The notes under the pieces: model-generated
What the model saw: the letters and a program-made list of their open reading frames with translations, nothing else
The model's database searches: none
What the model was told of the DNA's origin: nothing
Part shown: one piece after another, positions 1 to 9,068 of the stretch
Layout of the letters: each line of letters starts with the position of its first letter
Numbering within the stretch: the stretch's first letter is position 1
Made by a program: the position numbers and the translations under genes
DNA from: an uncultured Gemmatimonadaceae bacterium
Lineage (GTDB): Bacteria > Gemmatimonadota > Gemmatimonadetes > Gemmatimonadales > Gemmatimonadaceae
NCBI GenBank assembly: GCA_963790305.1
Contig: CAWBOC010000009.1
Coordinates: 832,001 to 896,000 of the forward strand
Direction: 5' to 3'
Length of the DNA stretch: 64,000 nt

Positions 1-345
1 GTGCCGTACGAGGACACGCCGGAGCCGGTGGCGTTGCTGGAGCCGTTGGCTACGCGTGTGCGGGAGCGCTTCGAGCGCATTGCGCACGCGGCACGCAAGA
101 TCTCGGATGACGACGATGCCATTCCCGAGCTGCCCGACGATCCGGCGCTGCTCGCCTTCCGCGTTGCGTCGTTCATCGACCTGAACGTCGCGGAGCGCCA
201 GGGGCTGCTCGCGTCGACATCGCCGGGAGAGCGGCTGCGGACCGTCGACGGTGCGCTCGCGCCGGCGGTGGATCCCATGGAGCAGCGCGCCACCGTGCAT
301 GAGCGCTCGAAAACGAACGGCCATGGCGGCGTTGCCCATCTCTAG
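1..345 (+). CDS. LON peptidase substrate-binding (N-terminal-like) domain protein, 5' end outside window
   Basis: C-terminal segment 'LAFRVASFIDLNVAERQGLLASTSPGERL' resembles the end of the LON substrate-binding domain; overlaps the next gene. Confidence 0.65.
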   Translation: MPYEDTPEPVALLEPLATRVRERFERIAHAARKISDDDDAIPELPDDPALLAFRVASFIDLNVAERQGLLASTSPGERLRTVDGALAPAVDPMEQRATVHERSKTNGHGGVAHL

Positions 346-1807
346 CGCGGCGGAGGCCGCGCTCTCGCCGCAGCTCGAGCGCGCTGCCGCTCGCCTCGCA
401 TCGATCGTGGGCCCGAAATCGATTCTCTCGCGCCCGAGCGAGCTCGTCACCTACAGTGCCGACGGCCTGCCCTTCTATCGCAAGCGGCCGGCGCTCGCCG
501 TGTTCCCCGAGACGCGCGAGGAGCTCATCGCCATCGTGCGCGCGCTGGCGCAGGAGGGCGTTCCCTTCGTGCCGCGCGGCGCGGGCACCGGACTCTCTGG
601 CGGCGCGCTCGCCGAGAACGACGCGGTGGTGATCGGCCTCAACCGGCTGCGGCGCATCATCTCGATCGATCCGGAGAATCGGCGCGCTGTCGTCGAGCCC
701 GGGGCGGTGAACGCGGCGCTCACGCGGGCGGTGAGCACCTACGGTCTGCATTACGCGCCCGATCCTTCCAGCCAAACGGCCTGCACGATCGGTGGCAACG
801 TCGCCGAGAATGCCGGCGGTCCGCACTGTCTGAAGTACGGCGTGACGCTGAATCATGTCATCGCACTGACGGTCATCCTTCCCGATGGTGAGCTCGTTTC
901 GTTAGGGTCGACCGAGGGAGAGAGCGACGGATACGACATGCTCGGCGCCTTCGTCGGCTCCGAGGGGTGCTTCGGCGTCGCCGTCGACGTGACCGTCCGC
1001 CTGGTCAAGAACCCCGAGGCCGTGCGCACGCTGCTCGCCGATTACACCGCCATCGTCGACGCCGCACGGGCCGTGTCGGCGATCATCGCATCCGGCGTCG
1101 TACCGGCGGCGATGGAGATGATGGACGGCCCGACGATTCGCGCCGTCGAAGCGTCGATCTACGCCGCGGGGTACCCGGTCGATGCCGATGCCGTGCTCCT
1201 CGTCGAGCTCGACGGGCTTGCGGCGGGACTCGAGGAAGACGTCGCGCTCGTCGAGCGCCTCTGTCGTGAAGCGGGCGCGCGATCGGTTCGCGTCGCGCGC
1301 GATGAGGCCGAGCGTGCACGTCTCTGGCAGGGACGAAAGAAGGCGTTCGGCGCGATGGGACGCATTTCGCCCGACCTCGTCGTCCAGGACGCCGTCGTCC
1401 CCCGCACGCGGCTGCCGGAGATTCTGGCGGAGATTCATCGCATTGCGCAGGAGACGGGCGTCATGGTCTGCAACGTCTTCCATGCCGGTGATGGAAATCT
1501 GCATCCCAACATTGCGTACGACGCGCGGGACGCCGAGGCGACGGCGCGTGTCCATCACGCGATGCGCGCGATCATGCGCGCATGTATTGCGGCCGGAGGA
1601 ACGATCACCGGCGAGCATGGCGTGGGACTCGACAAGCTCGACTACATGCCGCTCGTGTTCACCGAGGACACGCTCGAGGCCATGTGTCGCCTCCGCGACG
1701 TATTCGACCCCGAGCGTCGCGCCAATCCGGGCAAGGTCGTGCCGGTGCGGTCCTGCCGCGAGTGGCACATGGCGCCGAACGTGAGTCGTGAGGCATCGTC
1801 GGTATGA
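323..1807 (+). CDS. glcD: FAD-linked oxidase, glycolate oxidase subunit GlcD-like
   Basis: PRGAGTGLSGG, PDPSS..CTIGGNVAENAGGPHCLKYG, HAGDGNLHP and GEHGVG motifs; ATG at 323 chosen within ORF 251..1807. Confidence 0.9.
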   Translation: MAALPISSAAEAALSPQLERAAARLASIVGPKSILSRPSELVTYSADGLPFYRKRPALAVFPETREELIAIVRALAQEGVPFVPRGAGTGLSGGALAENDAVVIGLNRLRRIISIDPENRRAVVEPGAVNAALTRAVSTYGLHYAPDPSSQTACTIGGNVAENAGGPHCLKYGVTLNHVIALTVILPDGELVSLGSTEGESDGYDMLGAFVGSEGCFGVAVDVTVRLVKNPEAVRTLLADYTAIVDAARAVSAIIASGVVPAAMEMMDGPTIRAVEASIYAAGYPVDADAVLLVELDGLAAGLEEDVALVERLCREAGARSVRVARDEAERARLWQGRKKAFGAMGRISPDLVVQDAVVPRTRLPEILAEIHRIAQETGVMVCNVFHAGDGNLHPNIAYDARDAEATARVHHAMRAIMRACIAAGGTITGEHGVGLDKLDYMPLVFTEDTLEAMCRLRDVFDPERRANPGKVVPVRSCREWHMAPNVSREASSV

Positions 1808-2919
1808 GCGCGAACGAGGTGCGCGACGCGGTGCGCGACGCAGCAGCCGCTCGCGCGACGCTGCGCATCGCCGGCAGCGGAACGTGGCTCGACGCGGGAC
1901 GACCGGTCGAGGCGTCCCGCACGCTCTCGCTCTCGCATCTCACCGGTGTCGTGCATTACGAGCCGGGTGACTTCACCCTCACCGCTCGCGCGGGGACGAC
2001 GCTCGCCGAGCTTGCGAGCGCGACACTTCCCCACCGGCAGTTCCTTTCGCTCGACCCCTTCGGGGACCCCAACGGTACGCTGGGCGCGACAGTCGCAACG
2101 GGCGCCAACGGTCCAATGGCGTATGCATTCGGCGGTCCGCGCGACAACGTCATCGGTCTCGAGGCCGTGACTGGTGACGGGGCCGTTGTGCGATGCGGCG
2201 GCCGCGTCGTCAAGAACGTCGCCGGCTTCGACCTCACCCGCCTCTTCACCGGCTCCTGGGGGACGCTCGGCGTCGTCACGGAAGTCAGCGTTCGGCTTCG
2301 TGCGCTTCCGCAGGTGGACGAAACATACTCGATTACGGTGGACGACCTGCCCGGGAAGATCGGTGAGCTCATCGCAGGGATTCGGTTCGTTTCCATCGCT
2401 CCGCTCGCCATGGAGCTCATCTCTCCGAGCCCTGCCTTACGAGTCACCACCCCCACGCTACTCGTCAGGCTCGGAGGGAACGCAACGTCAGTGCGTGCCC
2501 AACGGCGCGTTCTCGCGGGCTTCGGGGATGTTCAGCAAGCGTCGCCAGACGTCTGGCGCCTCCTGCAAGGGGCGGAGCCGGCAGCTGCGATCGTCGCGCG
2601 CGTGTCGACGCGTCCCTCGCGCATGATTGACGGCTGGACGCAGGCCCGGGAGGCGGTCGAGAGTGCCTCCGGCGCGGTGTTGATCGCGTCGGTGGGGCGC
2701 GGTGTCGTCCGCTGCATCGTTCCCGCGGATGCGCACGACGCCGCCCGCAAGCTCGCGCGCTGCGATGCGACGGTGATCTTCGAGCGACTGCCCGCCGAGT
2801 TGTGGAGCGAGCTCGCGCCATCGCCGGTGAGCGATCGCCTCTCGCGCAGCGTGAAGGACCGCTTCGACCCATCGCACGTGCTCAATCCCGGCGTGCTCGG
2901 CGAGGCCGTCCCCCGATGA
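1804..2919 (+). CDS. glcE: glycolate oxidase FAD-binding subunit GlcE-like
   Basis: GGRVVKNVAGFDL..LFTGSWGTLG and FDP..VLNPG motifs; ATGA overlap with glcD. Confidence 0.88.
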   Translation: MSANEVRDAVRDAAAARATLRIAGSGTWLDAGRPVEASRTLSLSHLTGVVHYEPGDFTLTARAGTTLAELASATLPHRQFLSLDPFGDPNGTLGATVATGANGPMAYAFGGPRDNVIGLEAVTGDGAVVRCGGRVVKNVAGFDLTRLFTGSWGTLGVVTEVSVRLRALPQVDETYSITVDDLPGKIGELIAGIRFVSIAPLAMELISPSPALRVTTPTLLVRLGGNATSVRAQRRVLAGFGDVQQASPDVWRLLQGAEPAAAIVARVSTRPSRMIDGWTQAREAVESASGAVLIASVGRGVVRCIVPADAHDAARKLARCDATVIFERLPAELWSELAPSPVSDRLSRSVKDRFDPSHVLNPGVLGEAVPR

Positions 2920-4187
2920 CCGCCGCCGTGGGACCCTCGTGCGCGCTCCCCAACACGCCGCTCGCCGCCGCGGTGCCGGGGATCATGACCTGCGTTCACT
3001 GCGGCTTCTGTCTTCAGGCGTGCCCCACGTATCTCGCGCTCGGAGACGAGAATGACTCGCCGCGAGGGCGTATTCTCCTCATGCGGTCGCTCGTCGAGGG
3101 AACGCTCGGCATCGATGATCCGGACGTTCACACCCACATTGATCAGTGCCTCGGATGCCGGGGATGCGAGACCGCGTGCCCTTCCGGAGTTCCATACGGG
3201 CACCTGCTCGAGGCGACGCGCGCAACCTTGGCGCTCGCCCGGCCGCTGCCGCTCGTGGCTCGTCTCATTCTGCGGGTCTTCGAGCGGCCGCGCCTCCTCG
3301 CGCTCATACTCGCTGGTGCGCGGCTGTTGCGGGCAACGCGGCTGCCGCGGCTCCTCGGCCGACTCCCAGGACGTATCGGGTTCTCGATGGGGATGCTCGC
3401 GGCCACCGAGGGACGTGTCGATCGGCGAGCGTACACGCGGCGGGGCACCGGCGCACGAGGGGCCACCGCGATTCTCGAAGGCTGCGTTATGCAGGGCCTG
3501 TACGGCGAGACGAATCGCGCGACTGCGCGCACGCTGCGGGCGAACGACTACGACGTCATCGACGTCGAGGGTCAGCAATGCTGCGGCGCGCTGCATGCCC
3601 ACGCCGGTGACCTGGAGGGCGCGCGGCGCCTCGCGCGCATCAACGTCGCGGCGTTCGAGCGCTCAGGAGCTGCCTACATTGCGGTGAACGCGGCCGGATG
3701 CGGCGCGATGATGAAGGAGTATGGCCATCTCCTCGCCGACGATCCGGAGTGGGCGGTCCGCGCCGCGGCCGTGAGCGCGAGGGTGCGCGATGCGACGGAG
3801 CTGCTCGCCGAGGCGGGTCCGGCGCCAGGCGCTCCGATGCCGATGGCCGTGACCTACGACGCGCCATGTCACCTGTTGCATGCTCAACGGCTCATCCGGC
3901 CCCCGCTGGCTGTGCTCGGCGCCATTCCGAGCCTCGAGCTGATTCAGTTGACCGATTCCGACCAGTGCTGCGGCGCGGCGGGCATCTACAACCTGCTGGA
4001 GCCCGAGGTGTCGGCCCTCGTGCTCGAGCCGAAGCTCGCCCACATCGGCGCTACCGGCGCTGAGCTGGTCGTCACCGGCAATCCGGGCTGTCAGATGCAG
4101 ATCGGCGCGGGAATGCTGCGCACCCGAACAGGTCGCGGCACCGTGCACCCGATCGATCTTCTGGATGCGTCCTACTCGCGGCTGTAG
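2916..4187 (+). CDS. glcF: glycolate oxidase Fe-S subunit GlcF-like
   Basis: CVHCGFCLQACP and CLGCRGCETACP ferredoxin motifs plus two CCG domains; ATGA overlap with glcE. Confidence 0.9.
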   Translation: MTAAVGPSCALPNTPLAAAVPGIMTCVHCGFCLQACPTYLALGDENDSPRGRILLMRSLVEGTLGIDDPDVHTHIDQCLGCRGCETACPSGVPYGHLLEATRATLALARPLPLVARLILRVFERPRLLALILAGARLLRATRLPRLLGRLPGRIGFSMGMLAATEGRVDRRAYTRRGTGARGATAILEGCVMQGLYGETNRATARTLRANDYDVIDVEGQQCCGALHAHAGDLEGARRLARINVAAFERSGAAYIAVNAAGCGAMMKEYGHLLADDPEWAVRAAAVSARVRDATELLAEAGPAPGAPMPMAVTYDAPCHLLHAQRLIRPPLAVLGAIPSLELIQLTDSDQCCGAAGIYNLLEPEVSALVLEPKLAHIGATGAELVVTGNPGCQMQIGAGMLRTRTGRGTVHPIDLLDASYSRL

Positions 4188-4211
4188 CGCTCATGCGCGA
4201 GTCCGATAGAT

Positions 4212-4361
4212 TGCAGAATGCAGAATGCAGAATGCGGAATGCGGAATGCGGATTACAAATGTGGACTGCCAGTCGCGAAGCAGCTTGACGTGCTCCGCTC
4301 GCAGTGCGCACTCGCGTTCCGGATTCCGGATTCCGGATTCCGCATTCCGCATCCCGCATTC
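4212..4361. repeat. inverted heptamer tandem-repeat element (family C1, TGCRGAA units)
   Basis: about 6 x TGC(A/G)GAA at 4212-4253 and about 6 x TTCCG(G/C)A at 4317-4361 in opposite orientation, intergenic. Confidence 0.9.
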
Positions 4362-4381
4362 GTTTTTCTTGACCTAGGCGC

Positions 4382-5455
4382 ATGACCACCCCAGTGACCG
4401 GCGGCACAGCGACGGCAGACGTCGGCGGACAAACCGTCGTGCTGCATTACGGCGACGCCGCGGAGGAGTACGCGGCGCTGCGGTCGGGTGCCATGCTCGT
4501 CGACCGGAGCGCGCGCGGACGTTTGCGCATTGGCGGCCCCAAGGCGACCGAGCTGATCACGGGGCTGGTGACGAACGACGTGAGCGCACTCATGCCCGGT
4601 CAGGGGTGCTACGCCGCCGCGCTCACGCCGAAGGGAAAGATCGTCGCCGACCTGCGCATCTTCTGCCTGCGCGACGCGCTGCTCATCGACTCACCGCCCC
4701 GCGCGCGCGAGGGCTGGATGTCGATGGTGCGGAAGTACATCAATCCACGCATCGCTCGCTTCGACGATGAGTCCGCCTCCACGCGCCAACTCGGCATCTT
4801 CGGCGCGCGTGCGCGCACCGCGCTGGCGACGGCCACCGGGCTCGACGTCGCGCAGCTCGGTGCGCTCCCTCGCTACGGGCATGTCGCGCTCGACCTTCCG
4901 GCCGGCGCCATCATCGCGCGCGTGCCGGAGCTCGAGCTCGAGGGCTACGAGATCATCGTTCCGGAGTCGGCGTTCGAGCCGCTCTGGGAGCGACTGCTCA
5001 CCGAGGGTGCGACCCCCGCCGGACTCGCCGCCTGGGACATCGCCCGCATCGAAGCCGGGCGTCCCGAGTGGGGAATCGACATCGACGACTCGACCATTCC
5101 CCAGGAAGCGAACTTCGACGACCTGCATGCGATCTCCTACACGAAAGGCTGCTACGTCGGCCAGGAGACCGTGGCGCGCGTCCACTTCCGCGGTCACGTC
5201 AACCGGGTGCTGCGCGGACTCATGATTCCGCAGGGACCGGTGGTTCGCGGCGCGCCGCTCGCCGATGCGCAGGCGAAGCCGGTTGGCGATGTCCGCAGCA
5301 CCACGCTGTCACCGCGGCTCGGCCCTATCGCACTGGCCATGGTTCGTCGCGAGGTCGAGCCGGGCGCGACGATCGAGGTGATCGTCGAATCGGACGCCGC
5401 CCAGCGCGTCGCGGTTCCCGCCCAGGTCGTTCGGCTCCCCTTCCCCATCGCGTGA
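4382..5455 (+). CDS. ygfZ: folate-binding protein YgfZ/GcvT family
   Basis: ISYTKGCYVGQE signature (KGCYxGQE). Confidence 0.85.
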   Translation: MTTPVTGGTATADVGGQTVVLHYGDAAEEYAALRSGAMLVDRSARGRLRIGGPKATELITGLVTNDVSALMPGQGCYAAALTPKGKIVADLRIFCLRDALLIDSPPRAREGWMSMVRKYINPRIARFDDESASTRQLGIFGARARTALATATGLDVAQLGALPRYGHVALDLPAGAIIARVPELELEGYEIIVPESAFEPLWERLLTEGATPAGLAAWDIARIEAGRPEWGIDIDDSTIPQEANFDDLHAISYTKGCYVGQETVARVHFRGHVNRVLRGLMIPQGPVVRGAPLADAQAKPVGDVRSTTLSPRLGPIALAMVRREVEPGATIEVIVESDAAQRVAVPAQVVRLPFPIA

Positions 5456-6456
5456 GGCGAGCGCTCGTCACCGGGGCCACGGGTCTCGTCGGGTCGCACA
5501 TCGTCGAGCGGTTGCACGCAGATGGATGGAGCGTTCGCGCGCTGGTGCGCGACGCCGCACGCGCCAGCTGGCTTCAGCCGTTAGGCGCGGAGCTGTTCGT
5601 CGGCGACGTGCTCGACGCCGGCGCGTTCACACGCGCCGCCGCCGCGTGCGACGCCATCTTTCACTGCGCGGCGGCCATCCTGCCGGAGGTCGCGGAGTGG
5701 GAAGCGTATCGCGCGACCAACCTCGACGGCACGCGGAACGCGATCGCGGCCGCCCGCGCGGCGAATGCACGTCTCCTCCACGTGTCGAGCGTCGCCGTGT
5801 ACGGGGGCGCGAGCCGGTATCGAGACACGCCCACCGACGAGACTGTCGAGCTGCCACCGCTTCCCGAATCGGCGTTCTACGCACGGTCGAAGCGCGAGTC
5901 GGAGGCGATGGTCCTGGAGGCGCACCACCGAGGGGAGATCTGGGCGTGCGCCGTGCGACCCGATGTGATCTACGGCAGGCGTGACCGGCAGTTCGTCCCG
6001 CGCATTGGCAAGGTGATCGCGCGAGGCTTCTTTCCCTTGCTGGGGGGCGGCCGCTCGACCCTCGCCATCGTGCACGCGGGGAACGTCGCCGACGGTGCGG
6101 TGCGCGCCATCCACGCCGAGATCGCCGGCGGGAAGGCGTACAACCTCGCCAACGATTACGATGTCACGGTGCGCGACTTCGTGCGTCTGGCGGCACAGGG
6201 GCTCAGGCGGCGCGTGATACTCGTGCCCGTTCCGATGATTCTGGCGAAAGCGGTATTCAAGGTGATGACGATCCTGATCGGCGTGGCACGACGAGGTGCG
6301 GCACTCTCGCAGGCCGGGGGCGCGGTGGCATTCGTCTCCCGCAACAACCCGTTCTCCTCGGATCGAGCCAAGCGCGAGCTGGGCTGGACTCCTCCGGTTC
6401 GGCCAGAGGTTGGCATCCCAGAGGCGTTCCGCTGGTGGGCCGATCAGCGCGCATGA
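5452..6456 (+). CDS. NAD-dependent epimerase/dehydratase (extended SDR)
   Basis: VTGATGLVG Rossmann motif and YARSK; GTG start at 5452 overlapping ygfZ stop. Confidence 0.85.
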   Translation: MRRALVTGATGLVGSHIVERLHADGWSVRALVRDAARASWLQPLGAELFVGDVLDAGAFTRAAAACDAIFHCAAAILPEVAEWEAYRATNLDGTRNAIAAARAANARLLHVSSVAVYGGASRYRDTPTDETVELPPLPESAFYARSKRESEAMVLEAHHRGEIWACAVRPDVIYGRRDRQFVPRIGKVIARGFFPLLGGGRSTLAIVHAGNVADGAVRAIHAEIAGGKAYNLANDYDVTVRDFVRLAAQGLRRRVILVPVPMILAKAVFKVMTILIGVARRGAALSQAGGAVAFVSRNNPFSSDRAKRELGWTPPVRPEVGIPEAFRWWADQRA

Positions 6457-7043
6457 CGACGAGCACGACGGTCGAGCGCACCGCGCTCAAGGAGTGGGCG
6501 GTGCTGTGCGACGCGATGGCGCGCGGCGACATCGTGGCGATGGTGCGTAAGGGAGGCATTCGCGAGCACCGCTCCGGCTTCGCGGTGCGACACGACCGCT
6601 TCCTCCTGTATCCGACCTTCTTCCACGCACGTGAGAGCGAGCTCGCCCCTCGTTTCCGGGAGAGCCTCACGAGCGCCGACGCGGGCCAGCCGCCCCCAGG
6701 AGTCGTGAGACTGTCACTGGTCGCCAATGTCGCGGCGGTGTGGCACGTTCACGATCTCGACGCGCTGCGCGCCATCGAGCAGGAGCACGGTCTTGCCTGG
6801 TCGGCGGTCGAGTCGCGCTTCAGCTATCGCGGAGTGCCGGGGGTGCAGGTCGTCGCGGTGCGCGTCTCTCGTCTGGCCGCCGCCGCCGAGCTGCCGGAGG
6901 TGCGCCGTTATGCCGGGTGTGTGTCCTGGGTGGAGCTGGACGATGACGTCGACGTCACCGTCGTTTCACCCGCCCTGGAGGCCTCGACCCTCGATGCGCG
7001 GATCGCGCGCTTGCACTCCGCACTCGGCGAGGCGACGCCGTGA
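6453..7043 (+). CDS. DUF1802 family protein
   Basis: ALKEWA..., RKGGIRE, FLLYPTFFH and YAGCVSWV motifs. Confidence 0.8.
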   Translation: MTTSTTVERTALKEWAVLCDAMARGDIVAMVRKGGIREHRSGFAVRHDRFLLYPTFFHARESELAPRFRESLTSADAGQPPPGVVRLSLVANVAAVWHVHDLDALRAIEQEHGLAWSAVESRFSYRGVPGVQVVAVRVSRLAAAAELPEVRRYAGCVSWVELDDDVDVTVVSPALEASTLDARIARLHSALGEATP

Positions 7044-7107
7044 ACGCCCTGATGCACAAAGGGCGCGACTCACTGAGTCGCGCCCTCGTCGTCCGAGCGG
7101 TGGGCGA

Positions 7108-7287
7108 TTACGGCCGGCGGGCGGCGGTGTCGCGCAGACTGTCGCGCATCGTCGTGTCACGCATCATCGTATCCGCCGGGGCGGGCGCGGGTGCGACCTG
7201 CGTGGTCGTATCGGCGGTGTTGTCCGCGTCATTCGCCGTGCAGGCGGTGATGACAACCACAGCGGCAACGAGGGCCAGGCGCTTCAT
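7108..7287 (-). CDS. small lipoprotein (59 aa), absent from the ORF track
   Basis: MKRLALVAAVVVITAC-TANDADNTADTTTQVAPAPAPADTMMRDTTMRDSLRDTAARRP*; lipobox-like ITAC, AGGAG RBS and upstream sigma70-like promoter. Confidence 0.85.
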   Translation of the reverse strand: MKRLALVAAVVVITACTANDADNTADTTTQVAPAPAPADTMMRDTTMRDSLRDTAARRP

Positions 7288-7367
7288 TTACGTTCTCCTT
7301 GTGGGGGGCCTTGGGGCTTGGTGTTCGTCCGGCCCGCGCTTGGCGATGCTCGGAGCGAGCGGCAAGT

Positions 7368-7395
7368 ATTCTACGATACTCGGACGTAGTGTCAA
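7368..7395 (-). promoter_or_regulatory. sigma70-type promoter of the small lipoprotein gene
   Basis: minus strand TTGACA-N16-TAGAAT. Confidence 0.7.
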
Positions 7396-7458
7396 GAGTG
7401 CGGAAACGTACCGAACCGTAAGAAACGCAAGCATTTCGGAGCCATCAGGAGGTCCGCT

Positions 7459-8937
7459 GTGCGCCTGAGCGCGCTCGCCGGCGCGCTCGGTGTGCCTCTT
7501 TCGGGGGCCGATCGGGAGATTACGGGCATTGCGCTCGACTCCCGCCAAGTGCAGCCGGGTCAACTCTTTGTCGCGATTCCCGGCGCCAATGCCGACGGAA
7601 CGCGCTTCATCCCCGACGCCCTCGCGCGCGGCGCCGTGGCGGTGTGCGCGGTACGCGCGTGGGATACCGTGCCCACGCTCGTCGTCCCCGATCCACGTGA
7701 GGCGCTCGCCCGCCTGGCGAGCGAATTCCACGGACATCCCGCACGCGACCTTCGCATGATCGGGATTACCGGATCGCTCGGGAAGACGTCTACTGCGCTC
7801 CTGCTCGAAACGATCGTCGGGACCGCGGGCGAGAAAGTCGGCGTCATCGGCTCGCTCGGGATTCGGTTCGAGGGCCACGTCGTCGAGACGGGAATGACGA
7901 CCCCCGAGGCCCCCTCCATCCATGGCTCGCTGCGCTACTTCGCGGCGCAAGGTGCGGGCACCGCGGTCATGGAGGTGACGTCGCACTCGATTCTGCTCAA
8001 GCGCGTCGACGGACTTCAGTACGACCTTGGCCTCCTGACGAACATCGTCCCGTACGAGCACCTCGAGTTCCATCCCACTCCCGAGCATTACGTCCGCACG
8101 AAGACGCGCTTCTTCGGCATGCTCAAGCCGGGCGCACCGCTCGTCGTCAACGACGACGATCCCACCGCCCGCGAGGTGAGCACCGGTCTCGATCGACCGG
8201 TCATCGGCGTTTCGCTTCGCGCGCGGGCGAGCGCGGCAGTGCACGTGGAGCGCGTTCGCATGGGGGTCGAGGGCTCGACGTTCGCGCTGCAAGTGCGGCG
8301 CCCGCTGCCGATGCTGGACGGCGGAGAGGTCGCCGCGCAGACGATTCCGCTGGCGCTTCCGATCCTTGGTCGGCAGCAGGTGGCAAACGCGGCTCTGGCG
8401 GCAACGGCCGCTCTCATCGCTGGCATTCCCGCCGAGACGATCGCGTTCGCGCTCACCGACGTGGAGCCAATGCACCGCCGCATGCACATCTTCTACGAGG
8501 ATGGGCCGGTGGTGATCGACGACACCGTCGGGAATCCGGAGAGCATCCGCGCCGTCTTCGAGGCCATCCGCTCGATCCCGCATCACAACCTCCGCGTCGC
8601 GTACGCGATTCGCGGCTCGCGTGGGACGGAGGTCAACGAGCGGAACGCCGAGGCGCTCGCGCGAGAGATCGAGCCGATCATCGCGACGCTGGTCGTGACC
8701 TCGAGCGAGGATCACGCGAGCGAGCGCGATCGCGTCGAGGACGATGAGCGTGAGGCGGTCCTGAAGACACTGGAGGCTCGTGGAGTGCCCTTCATCTACG
8801 AGCCGACGCTCGAGGGAGCAGTCACCCGTGCGCTACAGGACGCGGCTCGCGGGGATCTCGTCGCCCTTCTCGGCGCTCAGGGGATGGACAAGGGAGCAGA
8901 GATCGCGCGGAAGCTGCTGCCGCCGCCGGTGGATTAG
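7459..8937 (+). CDS. Mur ligase family protein, divergent MurE-like
   Basis: ITGIALDSR N-terminus, ITGSLGKTS P-loop, MTTPE, MEVTSH; canonical C-terminal motifs altered. Confidence 0.8.
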   Translation: MRLSALAGALGVPLSGADREITGIALDSRQVQPGQLFVAIPGANADGTRFIPDALARGAVAVCAVRAWDTVPTLVVPDPREALARLASEFHGHPARDLRMIGITGSLGKTSTALLLETIVGTAGEKVGVIGSLGIRFEGHVVETGMTTPEAPSIHGSLRYFAAQGAGTAVMEVTSHSILLKRVDGLQYDLGLLTNIVPYEHLEFHPTPEHYVRTKTRFFGMLKPGAPLVVNDDDPTAREVSTGLDRPVIGVSLRARASAAVHVERVRMGVEGSTFALQVRRPLPMLDGGEVAAQTIPLALPILGRQQVANAALAATAALIAGIPAETIAFALTDVEPMHRRMHIFYEDGPVVIDDTVGNPESIRAVFEAIRSIPHHNLRVAYAIRGSRGTEVNERNAEALAREIEPIIATLVVTSSEDHASERDRVEDDEREAVLKTLEARGVPFIYEPTLEGAVTRALQDAARGDLVALLGAQGMDKGAEIARKLLPPPVD

Positions 8938-9056
8938 GGGTCAGGAGTCAGGGATCGGGGGGGCTCAGGGTGGAGGTTCGAGGAGAGACGCTCGCGCACT
9001 CCTGGAACCACTTCCCTGACACCCCCTGACTCCTGACTCCTGACTCCTGATCCCTA
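8935..9056. repeat. inverted heptamer tandem-repeat element (family C2, GGAGTCA/TGACTCC)
   Basis: TAGGGGTCAGGAGTCAGG at the left pairs 17/18 with CCTGACTCCTGATCCCTA at the right; tandem CCTGACT units. Confidence 0.85.
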
Positions 9057-9068
9057 TATTGTTCAGCT

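Noticed and set aside
4212..4361. Tandem and periodic repeats as a CRISPR array
   Set aside because: Units are 7-10 nt, contiguous and inverted, with no unique spacers and no cas genes in the window.
7040..7468. Plus-strand 142-aa ORF
   Set aside because: It is the antisense shadow of the 59-aa lipoprotein, which has the RBS, lipobox and promoter.
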